A DNA stretch of 64,000 bases from Tubiluchus corallicola (lineage: Eukaryota > Animalia > Priapulida), in assembly GCA_030141605.1 (NCBI GenBank), contig JAQGDQ010000693.1:1-64000 (forward strand). The letters are read 5' to 3'. How positions within the stretch are numbered: position 1 is the first letter of the stretch; each line of letters begins with the position of its first letter. This document shows positions 12,501-24,500 of the stretch, piece after piece. The notes under the pieces are model-generated. The model saw only the letters and a list, made by a program, of their open reading frames with translations, made no database searches and was not told where the DNA came from. Position numbers and translations under genes: made by a program.

Positions 12501-15500
12501 GATGCGGACAAACCTGTCTCAGATTTGAAGGTATAGTAGCCTAAGTCAACAATTATGCATTAACGCATTGTTTATTCTTAAAATTAAATTTTTATCTGTT
12601 GTTAGCGCTGACAAGTGTTCACTTTGAAATTAATGGACAAAACATGTGTATAATTGTTACCTGTGTTTGTAAATGTTTTGTCAGCATTAAACTCATTTAG
12701 ACAAAGTTTATAAGTAAAGTAAAATTATAAGCAATAGAGTGTTTTATTTTTTTGTTGAAAACTTTTTAGGCCAATAAAGATCTTGTTCAGCAGAAATGCG
12801 ACCAGTTTAAAGCTGAACTGGGTAGTTTAATGTCTCAGATGTCTGCAGATGATGCCACCGTTTCAGCTGAACTGAAATCGCTGATTGATACTGCTGAACC
12901 TGCTTATCAACAATTGCAGGTGAGAATGCTTGTTCTTCTAATAGGTTTTCTAGTTTTTTGATTACTGGTACTTTAAAAAAAAACTAGTTTCTGTGAAAAA
13001 CTTCCCTGGAAAAACATAGAGGCATATGTTATAAGATTACTTAGTATGTTTTAAAGTAATTGTTTGTTTCTTTGTTTGTTTATTTGTTTCATGCAGTATC
13101 TGATATTATCACTTTTCAGACTCTACATTTATATGTATGACTTTTTTCTCTAGGATCTAGTAGGTTCTAGAGAACAGGATCTTGCCACCTCTAAGGTCTA
13201 CCGTCAAACCTACAAAATAGCATTCAAGACTATTGCAGCTTGGTTGAGTAAAGCAGATGAGTTGGTAGTTATGCCAACCGATGGCATAGATTATGAGACT
13301 TTGCATGAAAAAATGGAACAAATTCAGGTCTGACACCTTCGAATTCTTAGTTTTTCAGATGGTTTTAAAAAGTATAATATATCTAAAAATTCAAGTTAGT
13401 TAAATATCTCAATTTGTGGATGCTTATAAAGTCTTGTCTGTTCTACATATAATTTTGGTTTTTGTTATAGGCACATTTTTCCAATACAGACACTGTGAAT
13501 TCAGAATTAGATCAGTTGCAGTCTCTGTTCGACAAAATGTCATCTAACTTAGACCCGGAGGATCAGGAGAAAGAAGCTGCAAAAATCCTTGAACTTGCAT
13601 CTCATAGAAATAAAGTAGTAGATGACAGTAATATAACATTAGATGCTGTCTCTGAACAATTAGGTATGTGTTACTATTTCCCTATTTATCTTTATTAGAT
13701 AATTTTAGTAACATAAAATGTGTTCATTTGCCTATTATGTAAAAATCGGCATCCAGAACAACCAGATGCACGACCTCAAACTTGAAAACATAATTGATTG
13801 CTTATCAATAGAGTACTGGTATACTTGTACTTCGCATGTTTTGGTAAATCTTAGGAGCCTATGTTTAATGAAGTATGACAATTCTAAGTGATATGAGTGA
13901 TATCAGAAGTAACCAAATATGGTTATGTCTTGTATTTCGATCTGTTTTGTGGTCCTATACAACAGTAGTGTCTAAATTTTATTAAAACTGCATGATGAAG
14001 TGGTATCATTCCAAGCAGATTTTACTTTAAATTACTATATTTTGCTTCTTTGCTTATTCTTTACACTTAGATGCATTTAGTAGCAAAATTGAATGTTTGG
14101 TTTATAATCTGGCTGAAACTACATTTGTTAAAATTTTTTGAAGCTGTTTGAATAATACTCAGGTATACAAAATTACAATCAACTTAATTGGCATTACAAT
14201 ATTAGGTTATTGGAAAGTGTACCAAGGTAACACAACTCAGATGGGATTGGTTCTAGATGAACTGGAGCAGGAATTGACAGCATTACAAGAATTAAAGCCA
14301 TATGAGTTACACGGCATTGAGGAGCATTTATGTGCACACAAGGTAAGAATCTTTTTCATCCTAGTGTCATCTAATGTGGTATAAATTTCCTTGTTACTGT
14401 TTAACTTTAATCTTCTATGTAACTTAACTTAATTTTTGGAAAATTTTCACAATGTGATTGACTACAAACTCGGTGTGTTCAAAATACTTTAAAACCTCTA
14501 TAACTGAGTAAAGTTTATGCAGAAAATATGTTATTTAGGAATTTACTGCAAAAGTTGGTGCTCAGAATGAGCTGTTAGGCGATGTCACAACTTCGGCACA
14601 AATGATTGAACAACATGGAATCCAGGAAATTCAGACAATGGTGACTGGAAAGGTGGCCTCTCTCGTGGAGCGTTGGTCGAATCTGACAACTGTTGCCAAT
14701 ACTTTGCTCCAGGAATGCACCAAGTAGGTAGCTTTGATTATTTTTAATTGTTGATTAAATGTTGATACGTGTTTTTTATGACTTTATTATCATCATTAGC
14801 ATTCTTTAGCATTAGCATCATGATTATCATTATCAAAGTGAAATACAATAACCGCCGTTTATTAGATTCGCGATTAATAAAAGCAAATGCCTAATTGACT
14901 CAAAAACGTCTAGTATGGGCCGCTCCTATCCAAATATATATATAAAAATTATCGGTAATTGGCTCAAATAATTTCGCGTAATTGACTCAATACTTTTCCT
15001 TCACGTACTTAAAATAAGACTTGTGTGTGCCCAAAGAGCTTTTATTGCTTTTATATCATTCTTTACGTCGATTATTTTGTATTTACAATGTAGGAACAGT
15101 CATGTTAGGTACAGTTTTTGTAAGCAGGTACAGTACATTTATCATATGTGCTAATATGTTAGCGCAGCAGGTTTGCTTTGAATGTTTCACCTGCAGTTAA
15201 CCTCGTTTCTGGAAGCTAAACATTTAATCACTTGCCCAACGATTTGCTTTTGAAGCTCCCTCTGCTCTTCACAGGGAAAACAAGGTCATCACCAACTGCA
15301 GCTAGGTGACTAGGCATTTTATGTGAATATATGCAGTATACAGCAACAGATTTTTAATGTTTTTAGCGCTATGAGAAACCAACTTGTTGATGAAGAAATA
15401 ATATTTAGTGTGATAATCAGATTTGTGTGATTTTTTATTTTATTTTTTTATTAATTCACTTATATAAATTAATATTCTTAAATCTTAAATAATTGCACAT

Positions 15501-18500
15501 AAGAATTTTGACATTAATTCGTTTCTAAAATTCATTTAAAGCCTTTGCAATGAATACAAAGGTGATGAGACATGACTCATACTTCTATAGTACACCAGTA
15601 GGCTAATTGAATCAGTTACTTAATTGTGTCAAAACGCTTCCTTCCCAAAGTTAGTCTGTTAAGCGGCACCTACTGTATTATCATTATTTGAAGAATAGCT
15701 GTAAATGATGTTTTTTACTTACTTGCACTAGGTGTCAGGAATTGACAGTTGAGTTTGAAAAATTTGCTGATCACATTGAATCAAAATGGGTGGAACTAGA
15801 GAAAGAAGTTTTTGCCATAAAGCATGATGAAGGCATGCCTGATCAAGAGAAGATTAAAAATCTTGAGGTAAAATTATATGAACTTTAGGTTCAGTACAGC
15901 ATTACAAAATGTTTATCTCTAAGTTTTCCGATTCTCTAAAAATAAAATTCATCTTTTAACTAGCATATGTTACCTAATTTTTCTTTGTTTAAGGTTTATT
16001 GTTTTGTTTATATCTTGTCTTGAAATATCTTCTAAAATCTGTCATGTTTTGTTTACATTTGCAGCTTGTTGTGGACAAAATACAACCAATTAAAACTGAC
16101 TTGGATTCCCTTAAAACCACTGCTGCAGAATTGACACCACTGCTGAATCCTGCAGATGCACAGCAAGTACAAGACATAATAAGGTTTGTTAGTAAAACAG
16201 CCTGTTCTTATAGTGATAGCTTGATAATGTAACTTGTGCTTTTGCATAAAGATGCCTAATGGTTCTTTATTTCATTCAAAGGTCTAAATTAATATTTTAA
16301 TTAAGGTAAAAATAATTAGTTATCATATCTGATCACTTATATAATCAATCTAGTCATTTCTCTGCGAGTCCTACAATATTGTAGCTAGCTAGCTTTAAAT
16401 GGGCTGTTAGCAACTTTTTGCTGTTTCAACTATGGCAATTTTTTTATTTTTTCTTTGCTGCTATAAGGATTTTCATTGCAAAATTGTATTCAAGTTTCTG
16501 GAACATTTTAGTGGTTTGGAAAGAAAATACTCGGACTTGTGCGACGACACTCAACAGAACGTAGTTCATCTCAAGTCTCAGGCTTCACACAATGAACTGC
16601 TAGTTGCTCTAGTAACTAGAGAGATGACTTGGATAGAAACTACTGCAAGAGAATTTAGTGAACCTGTTAGATATGGTGTACAGCCAGAAGATGCAGACAA
16701 AGCTATGTCAAATGTCAAGGTACCAATTCTCATATTTGTAGCATTAGTGTTTTCAGTTTATAGATGTTTGCAGATTAAATTTTGTAGAGCTACCTTGGCA
16801 CAGTGCATTTTGCTATGACATGTTTGTAACTTTGGGCATCGCAATTAATAAGCATTAATGATTGCTATTTAATTTTTTTCTGAATTATTACTATTATGTC
16901 TAACATCCTTTGCTACTATCGTTAAAAACTCGGACTTGGAAATTTTTGGATTGTAAGTGAAATTTTTATGTACAGACTTATTTGCAGCTTGTTGCTGTAG
17001 ATTTTTTTCTATTTGTAACAACTGTGATATCACTAATTAGTTTGGGCCCAGTTCTCACTTTTCCCTTGTGCAATCCGTTTGCATCTTCCGGTTTTATTTA
17101 GATTTATTTATATCCGGCTTGCTTATGGAATGCCTAAACCATAAACGAGAATAGTATCTAGCGACTTAGAATTGTTGTTTTATTCAAACGGAAACTAATG
17201 TTACAAAGTTAGTATTGGTAATATATTTCAAAAACCATAACCCTAAATACTCATAAAATCTAAAATTTCTGGATAAATATTCATTGTTTGTTCATTCAGT
17301 GCCTATAAATGTTTCAGGTTAGTCATGATCTTGTTAAACAACGAAATAACCAGTTTAAAGAAGAACTTGACCATTTAGTGACACAAATGGCCACTGATGG
17401 TGCCTCAGTCTCAGCAGAAATAAAATCAAAGGCAGATATTGTTGAACCTGCTTATCAGCAATTATTGGTAAGAAAATTTAACCTAAATGTATATTGTATA
17501 CTACAAATAACTATATCTTACATGGTTACAGTGTCCATTATAATTTATTTTCTCACTTTAGCACCGAATTTTTCTTATTAAGTATCTCACTATCTCTCAT
17601 TAGTTAAGCAGTTTTTTTATATTGTTCATTTTTTCTATAGGATCGAATAAGCTCAACAGAGCAGGAACTCATTCTGTCTAAAGTTCATCGGGAGAATTAT
17701 GCACAAACATTTAAAACTATTACAGCTTGGCTGAGCAGAGCTGACAAGCTGTTAGTTATGCCCAGCGATGGTATAGATTACGAAAATTTGCAGGAATCTA
17801 TTGGGCAAATTCAGGTAAGAGGCTTTGTACAAAGTTGAATTAAATGAAGTTAAACAAAACTTAAATAGTGTTGCAGCTAGGATTTTCTGGCACATTGTCA
17901 GCTTTTCAGTCTGAGAGCTTAATTTTTGATAATTTACAGTTATAAAGTTTGGATTTCAAAATGATCCCCATGAAACGGAGATTTAGGATATGTGAATAAT
18001 TGTTCTGAAATGCATTAAATTGTGTAATTGGATCTTAATTTATCTACTGGTATTTTGACCGTAGTGATGCATTGTAAAGAATTAATTTTTGACTCTGATC
18101 ACTAAAATGTGTTGTTTCCTGGGTACATGAAAGCTTATTTCAAACAAGTTAACATAAAAATTTTATTTATTTTATTCTAGGTTCATTTCTCGAGTGCTGA
18201 TGCTGTAAAATCGGGACTTGATCAGTTGCAATCATTATTGGATGCAATCTCCATTAATCTAGATCCAGAAGACGAATTGGAAGAAGCTTCTGAAATAAGT
18301 GAACTTACAAGTCACATGAATAAAGTAGTAGATGATGGTGCAACAGCTTTAGATGACATGTCTAAACAACTGGGTATGTCGCTAATTTTCTGATTTTAAT
18401 TTAATTTAAGTTAACAAAAGCAAGACGTTTAAAAGGTAATTACGATATAATATATATAAATATAATTTGCAATATAATGCTAGGTTATTGGAATGAGTAT

Positions 18501-21500
18501 CAGGCTAATGCTAGTCAAATGGCTAAAGTTCTTGATGATTTAGAAGAGGAGCTGAAAGCTTTACAGGAATTGAAGCCACATACATTGCACGATATTGAAG
18601 CTCTCATGCACAGAAATAAGGTATGTAAAACTATATTATCATGTTTTTATTTGTCCATATACATTTATGACATAACTTAGCCACAGTGTCTATTTTATTG
18701 CACTGTATGAGTGAAACAAGAAAAAGACATAAACACATAAAAATGCTGTATTGCTGAAAGTTGGTTTGTGCAATTTAGGAATTTGCCGCTAAAGTTGATG
18801 CTCAAGACCAACTGTTAGATGATGTCACTTCATCAGCGAGAAGGTTGGAACGTTCTGGCAACTTGGATTCGCGCACCATGGTGGAAAGAGCCGTAACTAG
18901 TCTGATGCAGCGATATCAGCAGCTGGTCAACGAAATTAAAAACCAAGAGAAATTACTAAATGAGCAAATTGAAACTTGGCAGGTATATAGTTTTATTGTG
19001 ACATATCTTTGTATTGTTACGTTAAACTTTGATCATTATAGTGACTAAGCCCTAAATTATATTATATATGTTGATGATTCAGTGTATTGCAGTCATTGCC
19101 TTGATTCATTGCAGGCTTTTTATGCACATCCTATTAATAGTAATTACGATTAAAAAGCATCTTAAGATACACTGATTTCTGTTAGTGCGTGTCTGCTATT
19201 TTGCAGCAGCTCTATTTAAGCTCCTAGCTTGATTATTATGTGTAGGAGGCAGATTTACATTCTGTTATACATTCTAGCCTCCATTTACTAACTAACACTA
19301 TGTTTTTAAAACAAATAAGTTCAGCTTATCTTCCATCCTGGGTGTTCGGCCAGAGGTCTTGATTTTGGATTGGAACCATACGGTCTTGAGTTCGAGACTA
19401 GCGGCTGCCAACACCAGGGCATGCGCCCTACGTGGTTATTTATTATTTTTGCGTTGCGTCCTTGCCAGTATTATTGCAAGTCGCTGTCTAGCCATTAGTG
19501 TTAATGTTATCACTTAAATAAGTGACGGTAAGTAACTGTGGTCTTTGTCTTTTTCTTTTATGTATCGTTTCCTAAAATAATCGAAGTTTCAAACTTGAAA
19601 ATTTGAATATTCAAGCATTAGAAATAGTAATAGTAATAGTAATAAAGTGAGTTTGTGAAACCTACTGCCACTTCAAAGATAGTTAAGAATGGTGCATAAA
19701 AAAGCTAATGATTTATGGTTTATGGCTTTTGTTATTGCAATTTTAGCTGTTCAATGAACACTTAGCCTCACATGCGAAGAAAATTGATGCCACGGAAAAT
19801 AGTTTGCCATCTTTAGATGTAGAGCAGTACAGTACAAAAATTCTTGAACAACACATAGCAAAGATCGAGGTGTGTTAAACGTCAACTTTTTTCATTCATT
19901 TATAAGTCTAATTATGGATCGAACTATATAATAATGAGTGGGTACAGCATGCTAGTGTGTTAAATTTCAGTTTTTCAGCAAATTTTAAATTTTATGCAAG
20001 AAATGTCATAGTGGTTTTTTTCCTTGAATAAAACTCAACTGTGGGATAATTCAGTTCATAATGATTAAATTGGTGATAGCTTGTAAACATGTAACTTTTA
20101 ATTATACATTTGTCATTTAATGATCGAGCAAACCTGCAATTTTTTAAGAGATAAAGTTTAGTCGAAGAATTTGAATGTTTTTTGTTGGCGTTGGTCCAAG
20201 GACCATTGTGCAGTTGAAGTTTTTTCTGTACAATCTTAACATTTCGGTTATTAATGTTATGCTGTTTTATTACACTAGGAATTGACAACAGATATCAAAG
20301 CAAACAAATCTGATGTAGACGTTCTTATTAAAACTGGTGAAGATTTGTGCAAAATTTTGCCAGGCGAGGAGGCCAATTATTCCATACTCGCAGAAGCTTC
20401 AAATGTGGAGATTCAGTATCAAGCGTATGAATCAAGTTTTCACTCAGATTATTTTTAGCTTATCAGGGTTTGCTTAGAATACTTTTACAAGTCATCTTAT
20501 TTGTGTTGTATGTATTCACAAAGGTGTTTGCAAGTCGACTATATATTGATGTTTTAATATTTGGTGTAGAAATTCTGACTGGAGCGTATGTAGAAAAACG
20601 TTTTTGTTATTTTACAATTTCAACAACAAATTGAATTATCTCTTGCCTTATTTTGAAATGTTTGAAATACTACTGTTTTCGTTAGTTGTGCCACGCTTTT
20701 TGTTTCTTGACTTTGTTTATTCTTTCTGTCTTGTTATGTTTTTTTCCCTTTGCATGGTCTTTTCCTGAACTGTTCGGGCCTTCCTTGCCTTATCCGCTTT
20801 CTGGCTAACTATCTCTGCTGCTTTTGGTGGGACCTGTCTCTGGGGCTCTAATACAAAACTACTTAGTGTATTCTGTCACAGCTGGTTTACATCCTGACAT
20901 ATATTTTTTTTGATTTTATTTTACATCACTTTATTTTGCAATGTTTTGGTTGGCTATGATTCATCTCTGCACAAAATGATCTTGTTTGTCTTATTGGATC
21001 CATTCCATAGATGGGCGCTTAAGTGATTGTTTCTGTCACGTTGCAATTTTGGAGTTATAGACACAATCTAAAAAAAGACCAGAACTAGCAAACGCAGAGG
21101 GCAAGAGTCATGAAACTTGTAGAGCACTTTGCAACATAAGATGTTTATATTTATGTATGTCTCCGCCTCAAGTCAAAGGTCATAAAGTCGGCATGGTCAC
21201 CTTTTTATCATTAGGTTGTATCTCCTCCTACAATTTTAAGCTAGGTCTACAATATTTGGTATGTGGCTATTCGTGTTGATGACTTGTGCATGGCTAAATA
21301 TCGGCCATGTGAATGTACTAAAATTTTCAGGGACCAGGTAGCGAAACTAGCAGGTTGGGCTTATAAATTTTTCGAGTACCGAACAACTTGTACTGTATCA
21401 AAAAAAGGGTTTCGATGAGACAGAGTTAGTGGTTTGAGTTACGTACAGATTGGTGATCCCTTGGCCCCAGTAAAGGACTAAAACCAAAATAGGAGATTAA

Positions 21501-24500
21501 GCTATCTATGAAAGATTCTGGTTTTGTTTACTTTATCTTACTTCATTATTTTCATTTTTATCTTGTCTTATTTGTTCTTTCCTTTACTGTATCATTTCTT
21601 TTGATATCTTTCTAATTTTATCTGGTTACACATTCCAGTGTATTTTTTCTGTTATGATGTTTAGCTTGGAATCACGAGTGAAAGACATATACAGCGCACT
21701 AGTCCAAGCACTTAGTGATAAACAATCTGTAGATGAACAAATTGCTGCTGCATTTACAACATTGCAGGAAGCTGAAATACAATTACAGCAACTGGACACT
21801 GAGCCAGATACCATAGATGCAAAGTTAGCTAAGCATGAGGTTTGTACAACTATCATTCATCCTATGTACATTATTATCATTGCATTGAGTAATTCTGTTA
21901 TTATTACAGCCTCCTACATGGCTACTGCTTGATGTTGAACGTATTAAGTGATGGGGTAGCGACAACATGATCTGATAGGGAATTTCATAGATCAACAATC
22001 CTCAAAGAGAAATAATGTTGCCCAACAAATGTTCTACAGTGTGGTTTTTTCAATTTCTTGCTATGCCTTCTAGTCCTACTCATGCCATCAAACCCTTTAA
22101 TAGTGCCTTTGCCTATTATATCATGCCAGATTAGGCGCATAGGTAATTCAGAACTTTCAAACAACTTATCCGCAAACAACAAACAAAGTTTGTGTTCCAC
22201 TGTGTATATCCCGGAGATTCTTTTCAAACAAATTTGTCTGTACAATTCTTATTAATAAGCATATCACTTATGCACAGGCGCTGACTCAAAGAGTAGGATC
22301 AGACTTGTCTAGAGTAGAGTTAGTCATCGAGAATTATAAGCAAGGGGTACAGCATCAGAACGTTCCGCAAGAAACAGTGGAAATGTTTACGCGTCTACAT
22401 AATGAGAAGGAACCAGTTTTGGCAAAAATCCAGGAAAGTGAGGAAAGACTAAAAAAGGTATGCAAAGAAATCATGACATTGCAGTTTGGGTTTTATAAAA
22501 GTCCCAGTATTATGGTGATTTTAAAAATCCCTATGAAAAACTTTTTCTGATAAAAAATTTGTGCATTTGCTTTTGTTTACTGTGAAACTCATTGGTACAA
22601 AAACTGGCAACATGCAAGGTTTTACTGAAGTCTTTTCAGTATAGGTGTTAGTAAAAAAAAGTTCGTACTACTATTTTTTATTGCTTGGCAGCTGGTCAGT
22701 GCTTTAGAATCTGCGTGATGCGCTTCTTAACAGTTAAGATTAATTTACCTAGCGAACAATTTTAACATTGCTATCATAGTAACTATAGCCCAATTTGACA
22801 CTTAGACTCGAGCGTCTTCATCATGTCTGGCTTATACTGACGGAATTAAGCGACAAAATAATTTCTCTCAAACAAAAAGCACAAGTTGTAATGCAAAAAA
22901 GTCTAAAAATTGATGAAATGATTAAAGATCTTAGGGTTTTCTATGTATAAATTCATTCACACTTACAACCGTCCAGTGCAACAAAATATTTTGGTTTTGT
23001 GAAAATTGTAATATTTGGAATTGATTGTATTTTTGTGCCATTTTGTGTTCAATTCTATGTCATCATATGCACATTTAGTCAGTTTTTGACAATGATCCAT
23101 CCGCTTATGAAGTGTTGACACTTCCATCGATATGTCTCTCTCTGATAGTTTTTGAATTTAAATGGTTTAGTGAGAGAAAGAGAGAGGGGGAAGGGATAAG
23201 GGGATATGGTAGTAGAGAGAGAGAGAGAGGGGGGTCTTGTGAAGTGCAATTATTATCTCTTAACAATAGACATGGTCTTGTGATTAAATTATTAAGTTTT
23301 GAATTCATTATCATTCACGAAATCATCAATATTTCAAATGATAACGGAATAAAATGAAGAAATTTCTGACATACATTCATGAGTTAACATAACCCTTGCA
23401 CTACAACATCAAAACAATCATCACATATGATATTGTATTTTATATCTAGATTGGGAATATATTGTCTGTTTGAGTATTTTTGTCTATGTTGCTTCACAGA
23501 ACATTTTCTAAGCAGCACCCAATAGCTCTGCAATGACAGGGTGGTCTCAAAATTGTACGTGTATAACAATGGTATAGTTTTACGACTTGTGTGTGTATGA
23601 TGAACTTTTTGTCTTGCAGGCTCAATCGTACTTAGTAAAATTCCATGTGACTGTACAGGAAATACAGATCTTCTTAGAACAAATAGAAACTAGAATAACT
23701 CACACGTATTTACTGCATAACATTCCTGAAGCAAAGGAAGAACATATGGTAATGCTGTTCCTTATTAATGTAAACAAATAAAAAAACTGTACTCACTAGA
23801 TCAGTTTTTTGTTTTTGTAGGTGCTAACTTCTAAAATATGTTAACATAGTATATAAGCATTTACAGATTGATTGTTCACAAATGCTTTTAAATTGTAAGT
23901 TATGTTATGTCATGTCATGTTATGTTGTGATATGCTAGGTTACGTTAGGTTATATTACGTTATGTAACTACATGTTATAAGTCTCTTACGTCTGTTCCTT
24001 ATGCTTGTAGAGTTTTTGTACTCCCGTTTTAAAATTTCATAATTGCATTTCCGTGAAGCAGATGCTTTTATTAATAACTGTGTTGTAACATTTTTTTATT
24101 GCTGTTAAGTTATTTTGTATTACCTCGTCCTATAGGTTACTGATTTTTCAATTCTTTATTTTAGGCTTTGTGTAATGAACTAGGCATTCATAAGACTAAA
24201 CTAGAGATGGCTCACCAATGCGCTGATGTAATCAAACATTGTTCAACTGATCCTCAGGAACTTGCTACCATCAGCGACCAAGTCTCATTGTTAGAAACTC
24301 AGTTAGCTCAGGTAGGTTTGCAATAAGTAAGAAACGTGAAAATACAGTTTGTTTGTGAATCTTGAAATTTTGTTAGATTTTTTAGACCTTTTGTTATATT
24401 TAGTGGCTAACAACTTGTAGATCATTAGAGGTATTGTATCCATTGTGCAATTCCCAATACATTGTTTTTTCATGTAGGCACCAGGTGGTCATATAAATTT

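Larger units (their letters stand above)
6694..18982 (+). repeat. Triplicated 8-exon cassette (period about 4.5 kb, 1302 coding nt = 434 aa)
   Basis: Exon sizes 136/119/208/150/174/193/137/185 recur with the same phases; cassette starts 6694, 11283, 15732. Confidence 0.95.
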
